Source of the DNA: a virus
Virus record (IMG/VR): IMGVR_UViG_3300034008_000032
Reading direction: 5' to 3' (one strand)
Length of the DNA stretch: 64,000 nucleotides
In this document: positions 54,407 through 62,915 of the stretch, piece by piece
Position numbering within the stretch: the stretch's first letter is position 1
Layout: the number at the start of each line of letters is the position of its first letter
Position numbers and translations under genes: made by a program
Notes under the pieces: generated by a model
What the model saw: the letters and a program-made list of their open reading frames with translations, nothing else
Told to the model about the DNA's origin: nothing
Databases searched by the model: none

Positions 54407-54597
54407 CTACCCGGCCGCTGCCGCCTGAGCGCCGCAAACCGCACCCGCGTGCACTGACCGGACCCCTGGACGAGCAGCCACCGAAAATCCGCCGCGCCCG
54501 CGCCAAGATACGGGCCCTGCAGGTCGTGGCCGCCGCGCACCCGTCCGAGTACCGACGTGCGTACCGGGACCAACTAGAAAAAGTGGGGCTGGCGTGA
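54403..54597 (+). CDS. small basic hypothetical protein
   Basis: GTGA overlaps. Confidence 0.55.
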   Translation: MTTRPLPPERRKPHPRALTGPLDEQPPKIRRARAKIRALQVVAAAHPSEYRRAYRDQLEKVGLA

Positions 54598-54698
54598 CTG
54601 AGTGGTGGCATGTGGTGGCTGCTGCCCTCGCCCTGTACGCCTTCTCGGTGCTGTGGCGCTGGGCTGGCACCGACGACGACGACCCGAGGTACAAGTGA
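54594..54698 (+). CDS. small membrane peptide (34 aa)
   Basis: Hand-translated; GTGA overlaps at both ends. Confidence 0.5.
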   Translation: MTEWWHVVAAALALYAFSVLWRWAGTDDDDPRYK

Positions 54699-54943
54699 CG
54701 CGCGCCCGCCGCCCGGCCGGCTGGACCCGCCGCGAGTGGCTGTACGGACAGGTGGCGGACTGGCTGCTGGTCCGCTGCGGCTGGCTAGCCGAGAGGCGCG
54801 GTGACCTGCACGAGATGCAGCACCTGGCCGCGCAGGCGGCGGCCGGCGACACGTCCCCCGAATCACATACCAGCGGGTGCATAGCACCGGCGGTGCTGCA
54901 CGTGGCAAAGGTGGTCCGCGCCGGCGATAGGAGCCAGCAGTGA
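54695..54943 (+). CDS. hypothetical protein
   Basis: GTGA overlaps. Confidence 0.55.
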   Translation: MTRARRPAGWTRREWLYGQVADWLLVRCGWLAERRGDLHEMQHLAAQAAAGDTSPESHTSGCIAPAVLHVAKVVRAGDRSQQ

Positions 54944-55110
54944 CCGGCGGATGGCTGCAGGCAGGACTGCTGGTGTCCCTGGTCAGCGTGGTGGCCGTCG
55001 GTGTCATCGGCAACAGCCGCCAGTACGTCCGGGTGCGCCTTGCTGTGGCCGGGATGGCGCTGGCGTTCGTCCTGTACGCGATGGCTGTCTGCTGGGCGTC
55101 TGTCCTATGA
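54940..55110 (+). CDS. small two-TM membrane protein
   Basis: Hand-translated; overlaps at both ends. Confidence 0.55.
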   Translation: MTGGWLQAGLLVSLVSVVAVGVIGNSRQYVRVRLAVAGMALAFVLYAMAVCWASVL

Positions 55111-55544
55111 GGTGGATTTTCCCGGCGCGGCTGCCGGACATACGAGACTTCCGTCTGCCGGTGCACGACGGAGACACGCTGTGGCTGACCGTCGACAAGG
55201 GGCACCGAGACGCCAAGGTGATGGACAACCGGCTGAAGGGGCTGTACGCCCCCGAGGTCGGCCACCCCGGCGGCGCTGAGACGCACGCGCAGGTGCTGGC
55301 GTGGCTGGCCACCCACGGCGCCCTGGTCGAAGACACATTCCGGCCGTGGCCGCTGGCCGTGGAGCACTTCAAGACACGGGGCGCCAATGACGTGCAGACG
55401 CTGAACCGGTGGGTGGCTATGGTGTGGGCTGGTGACCCCGACGATGTGCGCGCCGGCAAGCCGCTGCCGTGCCTGAACACCGACATCGCGTTGTGGCTGC
55501 ACATGGAGCACCCAGAGTGGGGCGGTGGCACAGGTGGCAGGTGA
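55107..55544 (+). CDS. thermonuclease (SNase-like)
   Basis: VHDGDT...RLKGLYAPE...TLNRWVA.VW...LN. Confidence 0.8.
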   Translation: MRWIFPARLPDIRDFRLPVHDGDTLWLTVDKGHRDAKVMDNRLKGLYAPEVGHPGGAETHAQVLAWLATHGALVEDTFRPWPLAVEHFKTRGANDVQTLNRWVAMVWAGDPDDVRAGKPLPCLNTDIALWLHMEHPEWGGGTGGR

Positions 55545-55734
55545 GGGTGCAGGTGTCCCCCCGCGGCTGGTGGCCCTAGATGCGTGCACGTGGTGCAGCC
55601 ACGGACCACACGAGCGCGCCTGCCCGCGAGTCATCGCCAAGGGCGGGTACAACAGCAAATATGAGCAGGTCACAGACAACGTGGACTGCCCCTGCGTCAA
55701 GAGGAGTGTGCATGTCCCGCAAGTTGCCGGCTGA
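55525..55734 (+). CDS. small Cys/His protein (start uncertain)
   Basis: CTWCSHGPHERAC...CPC. Confidence 0.5.
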   Translation: MAQVAGEGAGVPPRLVALDACTWCSHGPHERACPRVIAKGGYNSKYEQVTDNVDCPCVKRSVHVPQVAG

Positions 55735-55915
55735 CGACATGACCGCCGAAGCCCTGGACCAGTTGGCTGCCACCGGCACAGACCGTGACTGGCAAATCGC
55801 CACAGGTGCCTGCGGCGGCTGCGGCAGCCCCACCTGCCACCGCGGGAAACTGTGCACCGAGCCGGTGTGCAAGTGGTGCCCGTCCCGTAACGTCCCCTGC
55901 CCCTCGGAGGTCTGA
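55712..55915 (+). CDS. small Cys-rich protein
   Basis: AGGAG SD; CGGC...CH...C...CKWC. Confidence 0.6.
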   Translation: MSRKLPADDMTAEALDQLAATGTDRDWQIATGACGGCGSPTCHRGKLCTEPVCKWCPSRNVPCPSEV

Positions 55916-56025
55916 TGCCCCGCGCCTTCTACGTGTCTCTCGCCTTGGCGCTGTGGACCATCGCCCTGTCCCTGGCCGGACTGCTGGTGTGCAGTGTGGT
56001 GGGGTTGGTGCTGACCCATGGCTGA
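55915..56025 (+). CDS. small membrane peptide
   Basis: GGAGG SD; TGATG coupling. Confidence 0.5.
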   Translation: MPRAFYVSLALALWTIALSLAGLLVCSVVGLVLTHG

Positions 56026-56239
56026 CCTCATCAACGTCCGCGCCCTGTGGGCACACGCCCTGTCCGAGTGCACAGCCGTGTACGACCCCGCCGACCCAGA
56101 CGCCCCCATCGAGGTGATTCGTAACGGCCGGGTGTGGCTGACTCTGCCGCCGTTGCCGCCAGAGTTGCGCGGCAGCACCGGCGCTCTGGGTGTCATGCTG
56201 GACGGCAAAGGGTGGCTGGCGCTGCACCCCAAGGCGTAG
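56018..56239 (+). CDS. hypothetical protein
   Basis: ORF track. Confidence 0.6.
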   Translation: MADLINVRALWAHALSECTAVYDPADPDAPIEVIRNGRVWLTLPPLPPELRGSTGALGVMLDGKGWLALHPKA

Positions 56240-56299
56240 CACGGGTGACATGTACGATGGGCGACATCTAGCCTGACCCATTCCGCGTGGAGGAACACC

Positions 56300-57130
56300 G
56301 TGGCCAAGAGCACCCCTGACCAGCGAATCACCAAGCGCCGCGTGACCCTGGTGAACAGCGCGTTCGTGGGCACTGGCCCGGACGGGCGGGACCTGTACCA
56401 GCGCAGCGAGGTAGTCGACTACGTACCCGACGATGTGCGGGACGGGGTGAACGTCCTCGAGGCGTACCTGGCGGCGGTCCGGCCGGCGTGGCAGTCCGTC
56501 ACCGTGTCCGAAGAGTTCGACGCCGGCCCGGCCGGCTACGAGGGGCAGACGTACATCCCGGACGTGGTGGTGGTGCCCCCGGCAGCGGACGGCTCGGCCG
56601 GCGAGCGCCGGTACACCGTGCAGCACCCCGCAGCCGGCCGCACCTACGACGCCGAGACCGCCATCAGCAAGCGCGGCGGCGGCAGCGCACCCGACGCCGG
56701 CCCCGAGTCGTACCACCCGGGCGGCCCCGGCTTCATCGGGCTGCAGGCCCTCATCCTCACCCTGGGGCTGGGGCTGGCGTCCGCATGGATGCCCATCCAG
56801 ACCGCCACCCGCAAGAACCTGCTGGCCACCGCCTACGCCAACGACTCCGTTTCCTGCGCACTGTACTCAACGGTGCCTGGCGCGTCAGCCGGCACGGAAC
56901 TGACCGGCGGCAGCCCCGCCTACGCCCGCATCGCACCCGCCTGGGGTGCACCCGCCAACGGTGTGGTGTCCACCGGCGCCATGACCTTCAATGTGGCGTC
57001 CGGGTCCACCGTGGCCGGCTTCGGTCTGTACAACTCTGGGGCGGTCTACCAGGACGGCGCATCGCTGACCTCGCAGGCGTTCGCCAGTCAGGGCACGTAC
57101 GCGCTGACCATCACCTACACCCAGACCTGA
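56300..57130 (+). CDS. minor tail/fibre-associated protein (C-terminal domain from about 56789) with an N-terminal extension
   Basis: GGAGG SD; MPIQT...LATAYA...GTELTGGSPAYARI...SQAFASQGTY resembles actinophage minor tail proteins. Confidence 0.7.
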   Translation: MAKSTPDQRITKRRVTLVNSAFVGTGPDGRDLYQRSEVVDYVPDDVRDGVNVLEAYLAAVRPAWQSVTVSEEFDAGPAGYEGQTYIPDVVVVPPAADGSAGERRYTVQHPAAGRTYDAETAISKRGGGSAPDAGPESYHPGGPGFIGLQALILTLGLGLASAWMPIQTATRKNLLATAYANDSVSCALYSTVPGASAGTELTGGSPAYARIAPAWGAPANGVVSTGAMTFNVASGSTVAGFGLYNSGAVYQDGASLTSQAFASQGTYALTITYTQT

Positions 57131-57170
57131 CCTGCGCCTGCGGGCGCGGCAGTAGAAAGGGTGGCGGCTG

Positions 57171-57815
57171 ATGCCCGACGCGAAGGTCAGCGCATTACCG
57201 AACGGCGGCACCCCGGCAGACACCGACATCGTTTTGGTGGCGTCTGCCGGGGCCAGCGAGACGTTCACCATGAATCAACTCACCGCCTACTTTGAATCGC
57301 GGGCACGGCAAAGTAACGGCTCCTTGGCCGCGCAGGCGTTCGCCGTCGGCGGGCAGTCGTATGTGATCGGCTCCAATGTGACCATCCCCACCGGCCGGCT
57401 GCAGGCTAAAACGATGTACCGTTGCCGTTTCAACATCACCAAGACGGCAGCCGGGACGATTGCACCTGTAATACAGATACATGTGGGCACTGGCGGTGTG
57501 GTAGGCGACAGCAGCAAAGGGACGCACACGTTCGCTGCTCAGACAGCCGCCGTCGACTCTGGCCTAATCGAGGTGTACGGCGTGTTCCGCACAGTCGGTG
57601 CTGGCACCAGCGCGGTACTGCAAACCGTAGTTCAGTTGAGTCACGCACTGTCAATCACAGGCTTCTCCACCGAGGTCAGCCCCACCCGGCAGGCTGCCTC
57701 GCCTGGCTTTGACTCCACTGTGGCCGGGCTACAAGTTGGCGTCTCGGTCAGCCCTGGCGCGGCTGCTGCGTGGACAACCAACATGGTGCAGGCCGAGTTG
57801 TTCAACCTGGCTTAG
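57171..57815 (+). CDS. putative structural (fibre-associated) protein
   Basis: GAAAGG SD; KVSALP.G.TP..TD motif; beta-rich. Confidence 0.65.
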   Translation: MPDAKVSALPNGGTPADTDIVLVASAGASETFTMNQLTAYFESRARQSNGSLAAQAFAVGGQSYVIGSNVTIPTGRLQAKTMYRCRFNITKTAAGTIAPVIQIHVGTGGVVGDSSKGTHTFAAQTAAVDSGLIEVYGVFRTVGAGTSAVLQTVVQLSHALSITGFSTEVSPTRQAASPGFDSTVAGLQVGVSVSPGAAAAWTTNMVQAELFNLA

Positions 57816-57818
57816 GCC

Positions 57819-60800
57819 ATGCCCGATTACATTCTCCAAGAGGACGGCAGCCGCATCCTCCTGGAGGACGGCAGCGGTTCTGTCCTGCGCGATTTCATCG
57901 TCGAGCAGGTCTACATCGATGCGTCCTTCAATGCTGGCATCACCAACCTGGTGCTGGGCGTCACCCCCACAGGCGGCGGGGTCACCAACCCGTCCGGGCG
58001 GGTGCAGTTGGCTACAGGCACCACCGCCGGCTACTCGACTGCCAGCAAAGTGTCCCGGGTCTTTTCCAACGACAACAGCACAGCCACCACCTACACCGAC
58101 GCGGTGTACGAGTTTGACATCATCATGCCCACCGCCGAGGGCTATCCCACCTTCTGTTTTCGGCAGGTCAGCAGTGACATCTCCAACGGCAACAACGGCT
58201 ACACGCTGCTGCTGGGCAGCAACGTAGCGGCCGGAATTCAAATTGACCGCGGCGTCAACTTCACATACACCGCTATCGGCAACGGAACGCAGACGTGGGT
58301 AGCCGGCACCCCGTACCGCATCAAAGTGGTACTGCGTGGCGCCATTATTCAGGTGTACGTCGACGGCGTGCTGAAGGTAGACATATCGGACGGCACCTAC
58401 CTGTCGGGCTATTCGGGGTGGCTCATCAACCCTGGCGGCGGCACCGTCTCGGCTCCGTTCCAATTCGACAATCTGCGGGTCACCAACGGCGGCGAGCCAG
58501 CGCAGACCGGCTACAGCGGCACCGGGCTGCTGTCAGGTGCTGGGCAGGCGGGCGGCACTGGCACTGCCAGGCACACCGCAGCCGGCGCCGGTGCACTGTC
58601 AGGGTCCGGGTCTCTGACAGCCCAAGGTGGCGACCCGCTCCTCCAATGGAGGACGGCGCGGACAGCCGGCACATCCACCATCCTCGCCATCGGCGACTCG
58701 TTGACTGAAGGCCAGGGTGCACCCACCCGGGCCGGGCGGTGGCTGGACAGGCTAAGGGACGCATCCCGTGGCGCCGCAGCCGGCGGCATCAACTACCAGC
58801 CGTCGCACTACTACACCTACAGTCCAGACTCGACGTGGTTCCGGCCAGGTGTGGCCACCGGCACCATTCTGTACAGCCCCTGGGCTGGCAACCTGGGCGG
58901 CAGAGTCGCTGAGTTGTCAGTCGGTGCCACCCTGACCTACACCGTGACCGGCACCTCGGTGGACATTTGGCACACCACCAACGGTGGCACCCTCACCTAT
59001 CAGGTGGACAGCGGTGCGGCGGTCAGCGTTAACACCGCCGGCACCTACCAACCCAACGCCCGCATCACAGGCGTGTCGCTGGGGGCGGCCGGTCAGCACA
59101 CCGTCCGCATCACCGCCACCGCCGGCACAGTCTATTTCGGCGGGCTGACTGTCTACGACGGCGACGAGACCACAGGCACCCGCGTATTTGAGGCCGGCCA
59201 TTCCGGGTGGACCGCAGCCAATCACATGCAGGACACCCAGTTTCAGAAGGTGGCGTGGGGGCTAGTAGCCCCTGACCTGGCCATCGTCACCTTGGGCTTG
59301 AATGACGCCAAATCCATCACCGCCGCCGCGTTTAAAACTAACCTGCAAACCATCATCGCCGCACTGAAGGCGCTACCGAAGGTCCCATCCATCCTGTTGG
59401 TGGCCTCGTATGCACCAGACCAGGGTGCAATGGGGTACAGCGCCGCCACCTGGCAAACGTACGTGACCGCGATGAAGGAACTGGCCGCCAGCGAAGGCAC
59501 TGCTGTGCTGGATCTGTCGGCCACCATGCCACCGGCCACCACGTCAGGTACAGGCTTCTACTCCGCTGACGGCATCCACCCCAACACCTCTGGACACACC
59601 CAAATCGCCACCTTGGTGGGTAGCGCTTTAGGTGTCGCTGCTGTCGAAGCGAAGTCCGGCACCGGGCTGTTGTCTGGTGCGGGCGCTGTGGCTGGGTCCG
59701 GCAGCCCGCGCATCGTCGACCCTGAGGGACTGACCGGCGCCGGCACCCTGGCCGGGTCCGGCCGCGCAGCCACCGCCACATCTGGTGCACTGTCCGGCTC
59801 GGGTGCACTGTCCGCTGCAGGCAGTCCACGGCCGGCCGGCACCGGCTCCCTGGCCGGGTCCGGCGCGCTGACCGCGACGGGCACTGTCCCACTAGCCGCG
59901 CTGGTAGACGATTTCAACGACGGCGCAATCGACACCCGCGGCGGCTACACATTCGGCACCATTGCAGAGACTGGCGGGCGGCTGCGCGCGTCCGCAGCCC
60001 TGGAAACGGCAAGCGGCTGGGTCAGCGGCCCGCAGTACGACCTGCGCAACTCGGCGTTGTCGGCGCAAATGTACCGACCCACCGGCACCACCGCCGGCGG
60101 CGCCACCGAGATGCAGATATTCCCGGCGTCCGGGGACGGCGCCACCCGGTTCATCGTGGCCGTCGAGCGCAGTGGCTTCCTCACAGCCCAAGTGCAGGTT
60201 GGGTACGCCGAGACGGGCGTTGACGGCGGCAGCCAGACCGTGCAGGTGCCTGACGGTACATACGCCCGCATCCGCCACACCGCCCCAACCGTGTACTTCG
60301 AGTACCACAACGGCACCGCCTGGGTGACTTTCCGCACCGTCACCACAGTGCCTGCCTGGGTGACGGACGGCGGCGGGCACCGTGCGCAGTTGGCCGCGAG
60401 TGGGTACGGCGGCGCTGTCGGCGGGCCCGTGGTGTCCGAGTTCGACAACCTGAACATCGCACCACCAGTGCTGCAGAATTTCGCGGGCACCGGCGTACTG
60501 TCCGGCGCAGGCACCGTCGCTGCGGCAGGCGTTGCGCGCCCAGCCGGCGCAGGTGTCCTAGTTGGCGGCGGCGCGGTCACGGGTGCCGGTGTAGCCCGCC
60601 CAGCCGGTGCGGGGGTGCTGTCTGGCGCCGGGTCCCTGGCCGGGTCAGGGGTAGCCACGCAGACTACCGGCGGTGCTGGGCTGCTGTCCGGCGCAGGCGC
60701 GGTGGCGGGGCTGTCCACGGTGGCAGCGGCGGGTTCGGGCGTCCTGTCAGGTGCTGGAGCGGTCACCGCTACTGGCCGCCCGGCGGTGCAGCGCCCCGGG

Positions 60801-62621
60801 TCTCTGTCAGGTGCAGGTGCGGTCACTGGTGCCACAGCCCCGCAGATTACCGGCGCAGGTGTCCTCTCTGGTGCCGGCGCCCTGTCCGCCACCGGCGCAC
60901 CGTCAACTAGTGACGCTGGTGCACTGTCCGGCGACGGCACTCTGACAGGTGCAGGCTCTGGCGCACAGAACGGCGCAGGCGCTGGGCTACTGACCGGCTC
61001 TGGCGCGCTGACCGCCACCGGCACCCCCCGTGCCGCAGCAGCCGGCACGTTGGCCGGCGCAGGCACACTGTCAGCGTCTGCGCTGCTGGCGGTCACTCGC
61101 CAAGGGTTCCTGGCTGGGGCCGGCGCGGTGGCCGGTGCTGGGGTGGCTACTGCCGCAGCCGCCGGCTCTGGCACCCTGGCCGGCTCTGGGCAGGTGGCTG
61201 GTGTAGGTGCCGCCACTGTAGCCCTCACTGGCGCTCTGTCAGGTGCTGGCGCCTTGTCGTCTGCTGGCGGCGGCACAGCCCCCGGGGCGGGGGCCCTGGC
61301 CGGTACTGGCGCGCTGACCGCCACCAGCCGGCCCGCCTACACCACACCTGGCGCGCTGTCAGGTTCAGGCGCCGTCGCAGGCTCGGGGACAGCCAGCAGT
61401 GCGTCCGGCGGAACGGGTGCGCTGTCTGGTGCTGGTGCACTGACCGCCACCACCACCCTGGCCACCGCCCAACCCGGCAGCCTGTTGGGGTCTGGCAGTC
61501 TGGCGGGGGCGGGCGCAGCAACGCAGGCGGGCGGCAGCACCGGAGCCCTGTCCGGCGCTGGTGCACTGACCGCGATCACCACACCCCGCCCTGCAGCCCC
61601 TGGAGCCCTGTCTGGTGTCGGCGCCCTGTCGACGTCGTCGGCTGTAGCAGTGTCGCCACTCGCAGCACTGTCGGGGGCGGGCGCAGTCACAGGGTCAGGT
61701 GTTGCGTCCAGTGCGGCTGCTGGTGCTGGCGTGCTGTCCGGGTCCGGCACGGGTGCTGGTGCTGGCGTGCCGGCTGTTGCTGGGGCGGGTGCCCTGTCGG
61801 GTGCGGGTGCGCTGACCACTGCAGGCGGTGGAACAGCCCCCGGCTCAGGCACCCTGACCGGCGCCGGCACACTGACTACAGCCTCCACTATCACCACCTC
61901 GAGGGCTGGCGTGCTTGCCGGCGCAGGCACCCTGGCCGCCGCAGGTGGCGTGCACGTACCAAACGTGGGACAGTTGGCGGGTACAGGTGCCCTGGCGGCT
62001 GGCGGGCAGACCGCACTCAGCGGGGGCGGGTTCCTGTCTGGTGCAGGCGTCCTGGCCTCGACGTCGTCCGCAAGGGTGGCCGGGGCGGCTGCACTGTCTG
62101 GTGCTGGTGTGCTGTCGTCTGCAGGCGGCGGCACCCAAGTGTCCGCCGGCGCTGGGGCCCTGTCAGGTCTGGGTGCGGTGTCCGCGTTCGCCACCCCCAC
62201 CCCCGCAGCGTCAGGTGCCCTGACAGGTGCAGGTGTCCTGACCGGCGCTACCGGCCCCGTCCGGGTCACCGCCGGCAGTCTGACCTCAGGCATCGGTGTG
62301 CTGGCCGCTGCAGTCACCACCGCCACCAAGGGTGCTGGCACCCTGACCGGCCTCGGCGCCCTGACCGCAGCCGGCGGGCAGGGGCAGCGCGCCACCGCAC
62401 TACTGACTGGCGCCGGGCTGCTGACCGGCGTTGGCGTCGCCTACCTGCTGCCACCCGAGGCCGTCCTCACCCGCGCCTACCTGACCCGCGGCACCACAGC
62501 CACCCTCACCGCAGACCGCACCGCCACCGTCACCCGCCCAGCCCCTGCGATACTGGACCGTGGCACCACAGCACTACTGACACGCGGTGTCACCGCAACG
62601 CTAGGAGACGCCGATGGGTAG
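57819..62621 (+). CDS. 1600-aa fibre-like protein: lectin-like domain, SGNH hydrolase, second lectin-like domain, long Gly/Ala repeat
   Basis: SGNH blocks GDSLTEG / GHSG / TLGLND / DGIHPNTSGH; LVDDFNDG lectin-like start; GxLSGAGAL repeats. Confidence 0.8.
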   Translation: MPDYILQEDGSRILLEDGSGSVLRDFIVEQVYIDASFNAGITNLVLGVTPTGGGVTNPSGRVQLATGTTAGYSTASKVSRVFSNDNSTATTYTDAVYEFDIIMPTAEGYPTFCFRQVSSDISNGNNGYTLLLGSNVAAGIQIDRGVNFTYTAIGNGTQTWVAGTPYRIKVVLRGAIIQVYVDGVLKVDISDGTYLSGYSGWLINPGGGTVSAPFQFDNLRVTNGGEPAQTGYSGTGLLSGAGQAGGTGTARHTAAGAGALSGSGSLTAQGGDPLLQWRTARTAGTSTILAIGDSLTEGQGAPTRAGRWLDRLRDASRGAAAGGINYQPSHYYTYSPDSTWFRPGVATGTILYSPWAGNLGGRVAELSVGATLTYTVTGTSVDIWHTTNGGTLTYQVDSGAAVSVNTAGTYQPNARITGVSLGAAGQHTVRITATAGTVYFGGLTVYDGDETTGTRVFEAGHSGWTAANHMQDTQFQKVAWGLVAPDLAIVTLGLNDAKSITAAAFKTNLQTIIAALKALPKVPSILLVASYAPDQGAMGYSAATWQTYVTAMKELAASEGTAVLDLSATMPPATTSGTGFYSADGIHPNTSGHTQIATLVGSALGVAAVEAKSGTGLLSGAGAVAGSGSPRIVDPEGLTGAGTLAGSGRAATATSGALSGSGALSAAGSPRPAGTGSLAGSGALTATGTVPLAALVDDFNDGAIDTRGGYTFGTIAETGGRLRASAALETASGWVSGPQYDLRNSALSAQMYRPTGTTAGGATEMQIFPASGDGATRFIVAVERSGFLTAQVQVGYAETGVDGGSQTVQVPDGTYARIRHTAPTVYFEYHNGTAWVTFRTVTTVPAWVTDGGGHRAQLAASGYGGAVGGPVVSEFDNLNIAPPVLQNFAGTGVLSGAGTVAAAGVARPAGAGVLVGGGAVTGAGVARPAGAGVLSGAGSLAGSGVATQTTGGAGLLSGAGAVAGLSTVAAAGSGVLSGAGAVTATGRPAVQRPGSLSGAGAVTGATAPQITGAGVLSGAGALSATGAPSTSDAGALSGDGTLTGAGSGAQNGAGAGLLTGSGALTATGTPRAAAAGTLAGAGTLSASALLAVTRQGFLAGAGAVAGAGVATAAAAGSGTLAGSGQVAGVGAATVALTGALSGAGALSSAGGGTAPGAGALAGTGALTATSRPAYTTPGALSGSGAVAGSGTASSASGGTGALSGAGALTATTTLATAQPGSLLGSGSLAGAGAATQAGGSTGALSGAGALTAITTPRPAAPGALSGVGALSTSSAVAVSPLAALSGAGAVTGSGVASSAAAGAGVLSGSGTGAGAGVPAVAGAGALSGAGALTTAGGGTAPGSGTLTGAGTLTTASTITTSRAGVLAGAGTLAAAGGVHVPNVGQLAGTGALAAGGQTALSGGGFLSGAGVLASTSSARVAGAAALSGAGVLSSAGGGTQVSAGAGALSGLGAVSAFATPTPAASGALTGAGVLTGATGPVRVTAGSLTSGIGVLAAAVTTATKGAGTLTGLGALTAAGGQGQRATALLTGAGLLTGVGVAYLLPPEAVLTRAYLTRGTTATLTADRTATVTRPAPAILDRGTTALLTRGVTATLGDADG
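60480..62440 (+). repeat. degenerate protein repeat of about 18-20 aa: G-x-L-(S/A/T)-G-(A/S)-G-(A/T)-(L/V)
   Basis: About 35 units by eye; shorter blocks near 58510-58620 and 59650-59890. Confidence 0.8.
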
Positions 62622-62898
62622 GTGGCCGCAGTACCAGCGGGAGACCTTCGAAAACCTCGACACCCACCTGGACAACTACGGCACACCCGTGCCTGACGGC
62701 GAGTATCAGGTGCAGGTGGTCAACCACGGCACCAGGCCCACACCCGGCGACGGGGTATGGTGGCAGCCGGTCCCGGCTAGAATCACGGGGCTGGCGGTTG
62801 GCCGGTACGACGCCTACACCCGCTGGGTGCGCGGCGACGGTCAGAAGGTCATCGACCATGTGGGAGAGCAAGGCTTCCCGTCCTTCGAGATCGTCTAA
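62614..62898 (+). CDS. hypothetical protein (possible fibre chaperone/adaptor)
   Basis: AGGAG SD; overlaps the fibre gene stop. Confidence 0.65.
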   Translation: MGRWPQYQRETFENLDTHLDNYGTPVPDGEYQVQVVNHGTRPTPGDGVWWQPVPARITGLAVGRYDAYTRWVRGDGQKVIDHVGEQGFPSFEIV

Positions 62899-62915
62899 TT
62901 CCCAAGGAGACCAAA

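Noticed and set aside
60480-62440. Collagen-like or tandem DNA repeat / CRISPR
   Set aside because: Gly spacing is not Gly-X-Y, the repeat is degenerate at the DNA level, and there are no identical repeats with unique spacers or cas genes
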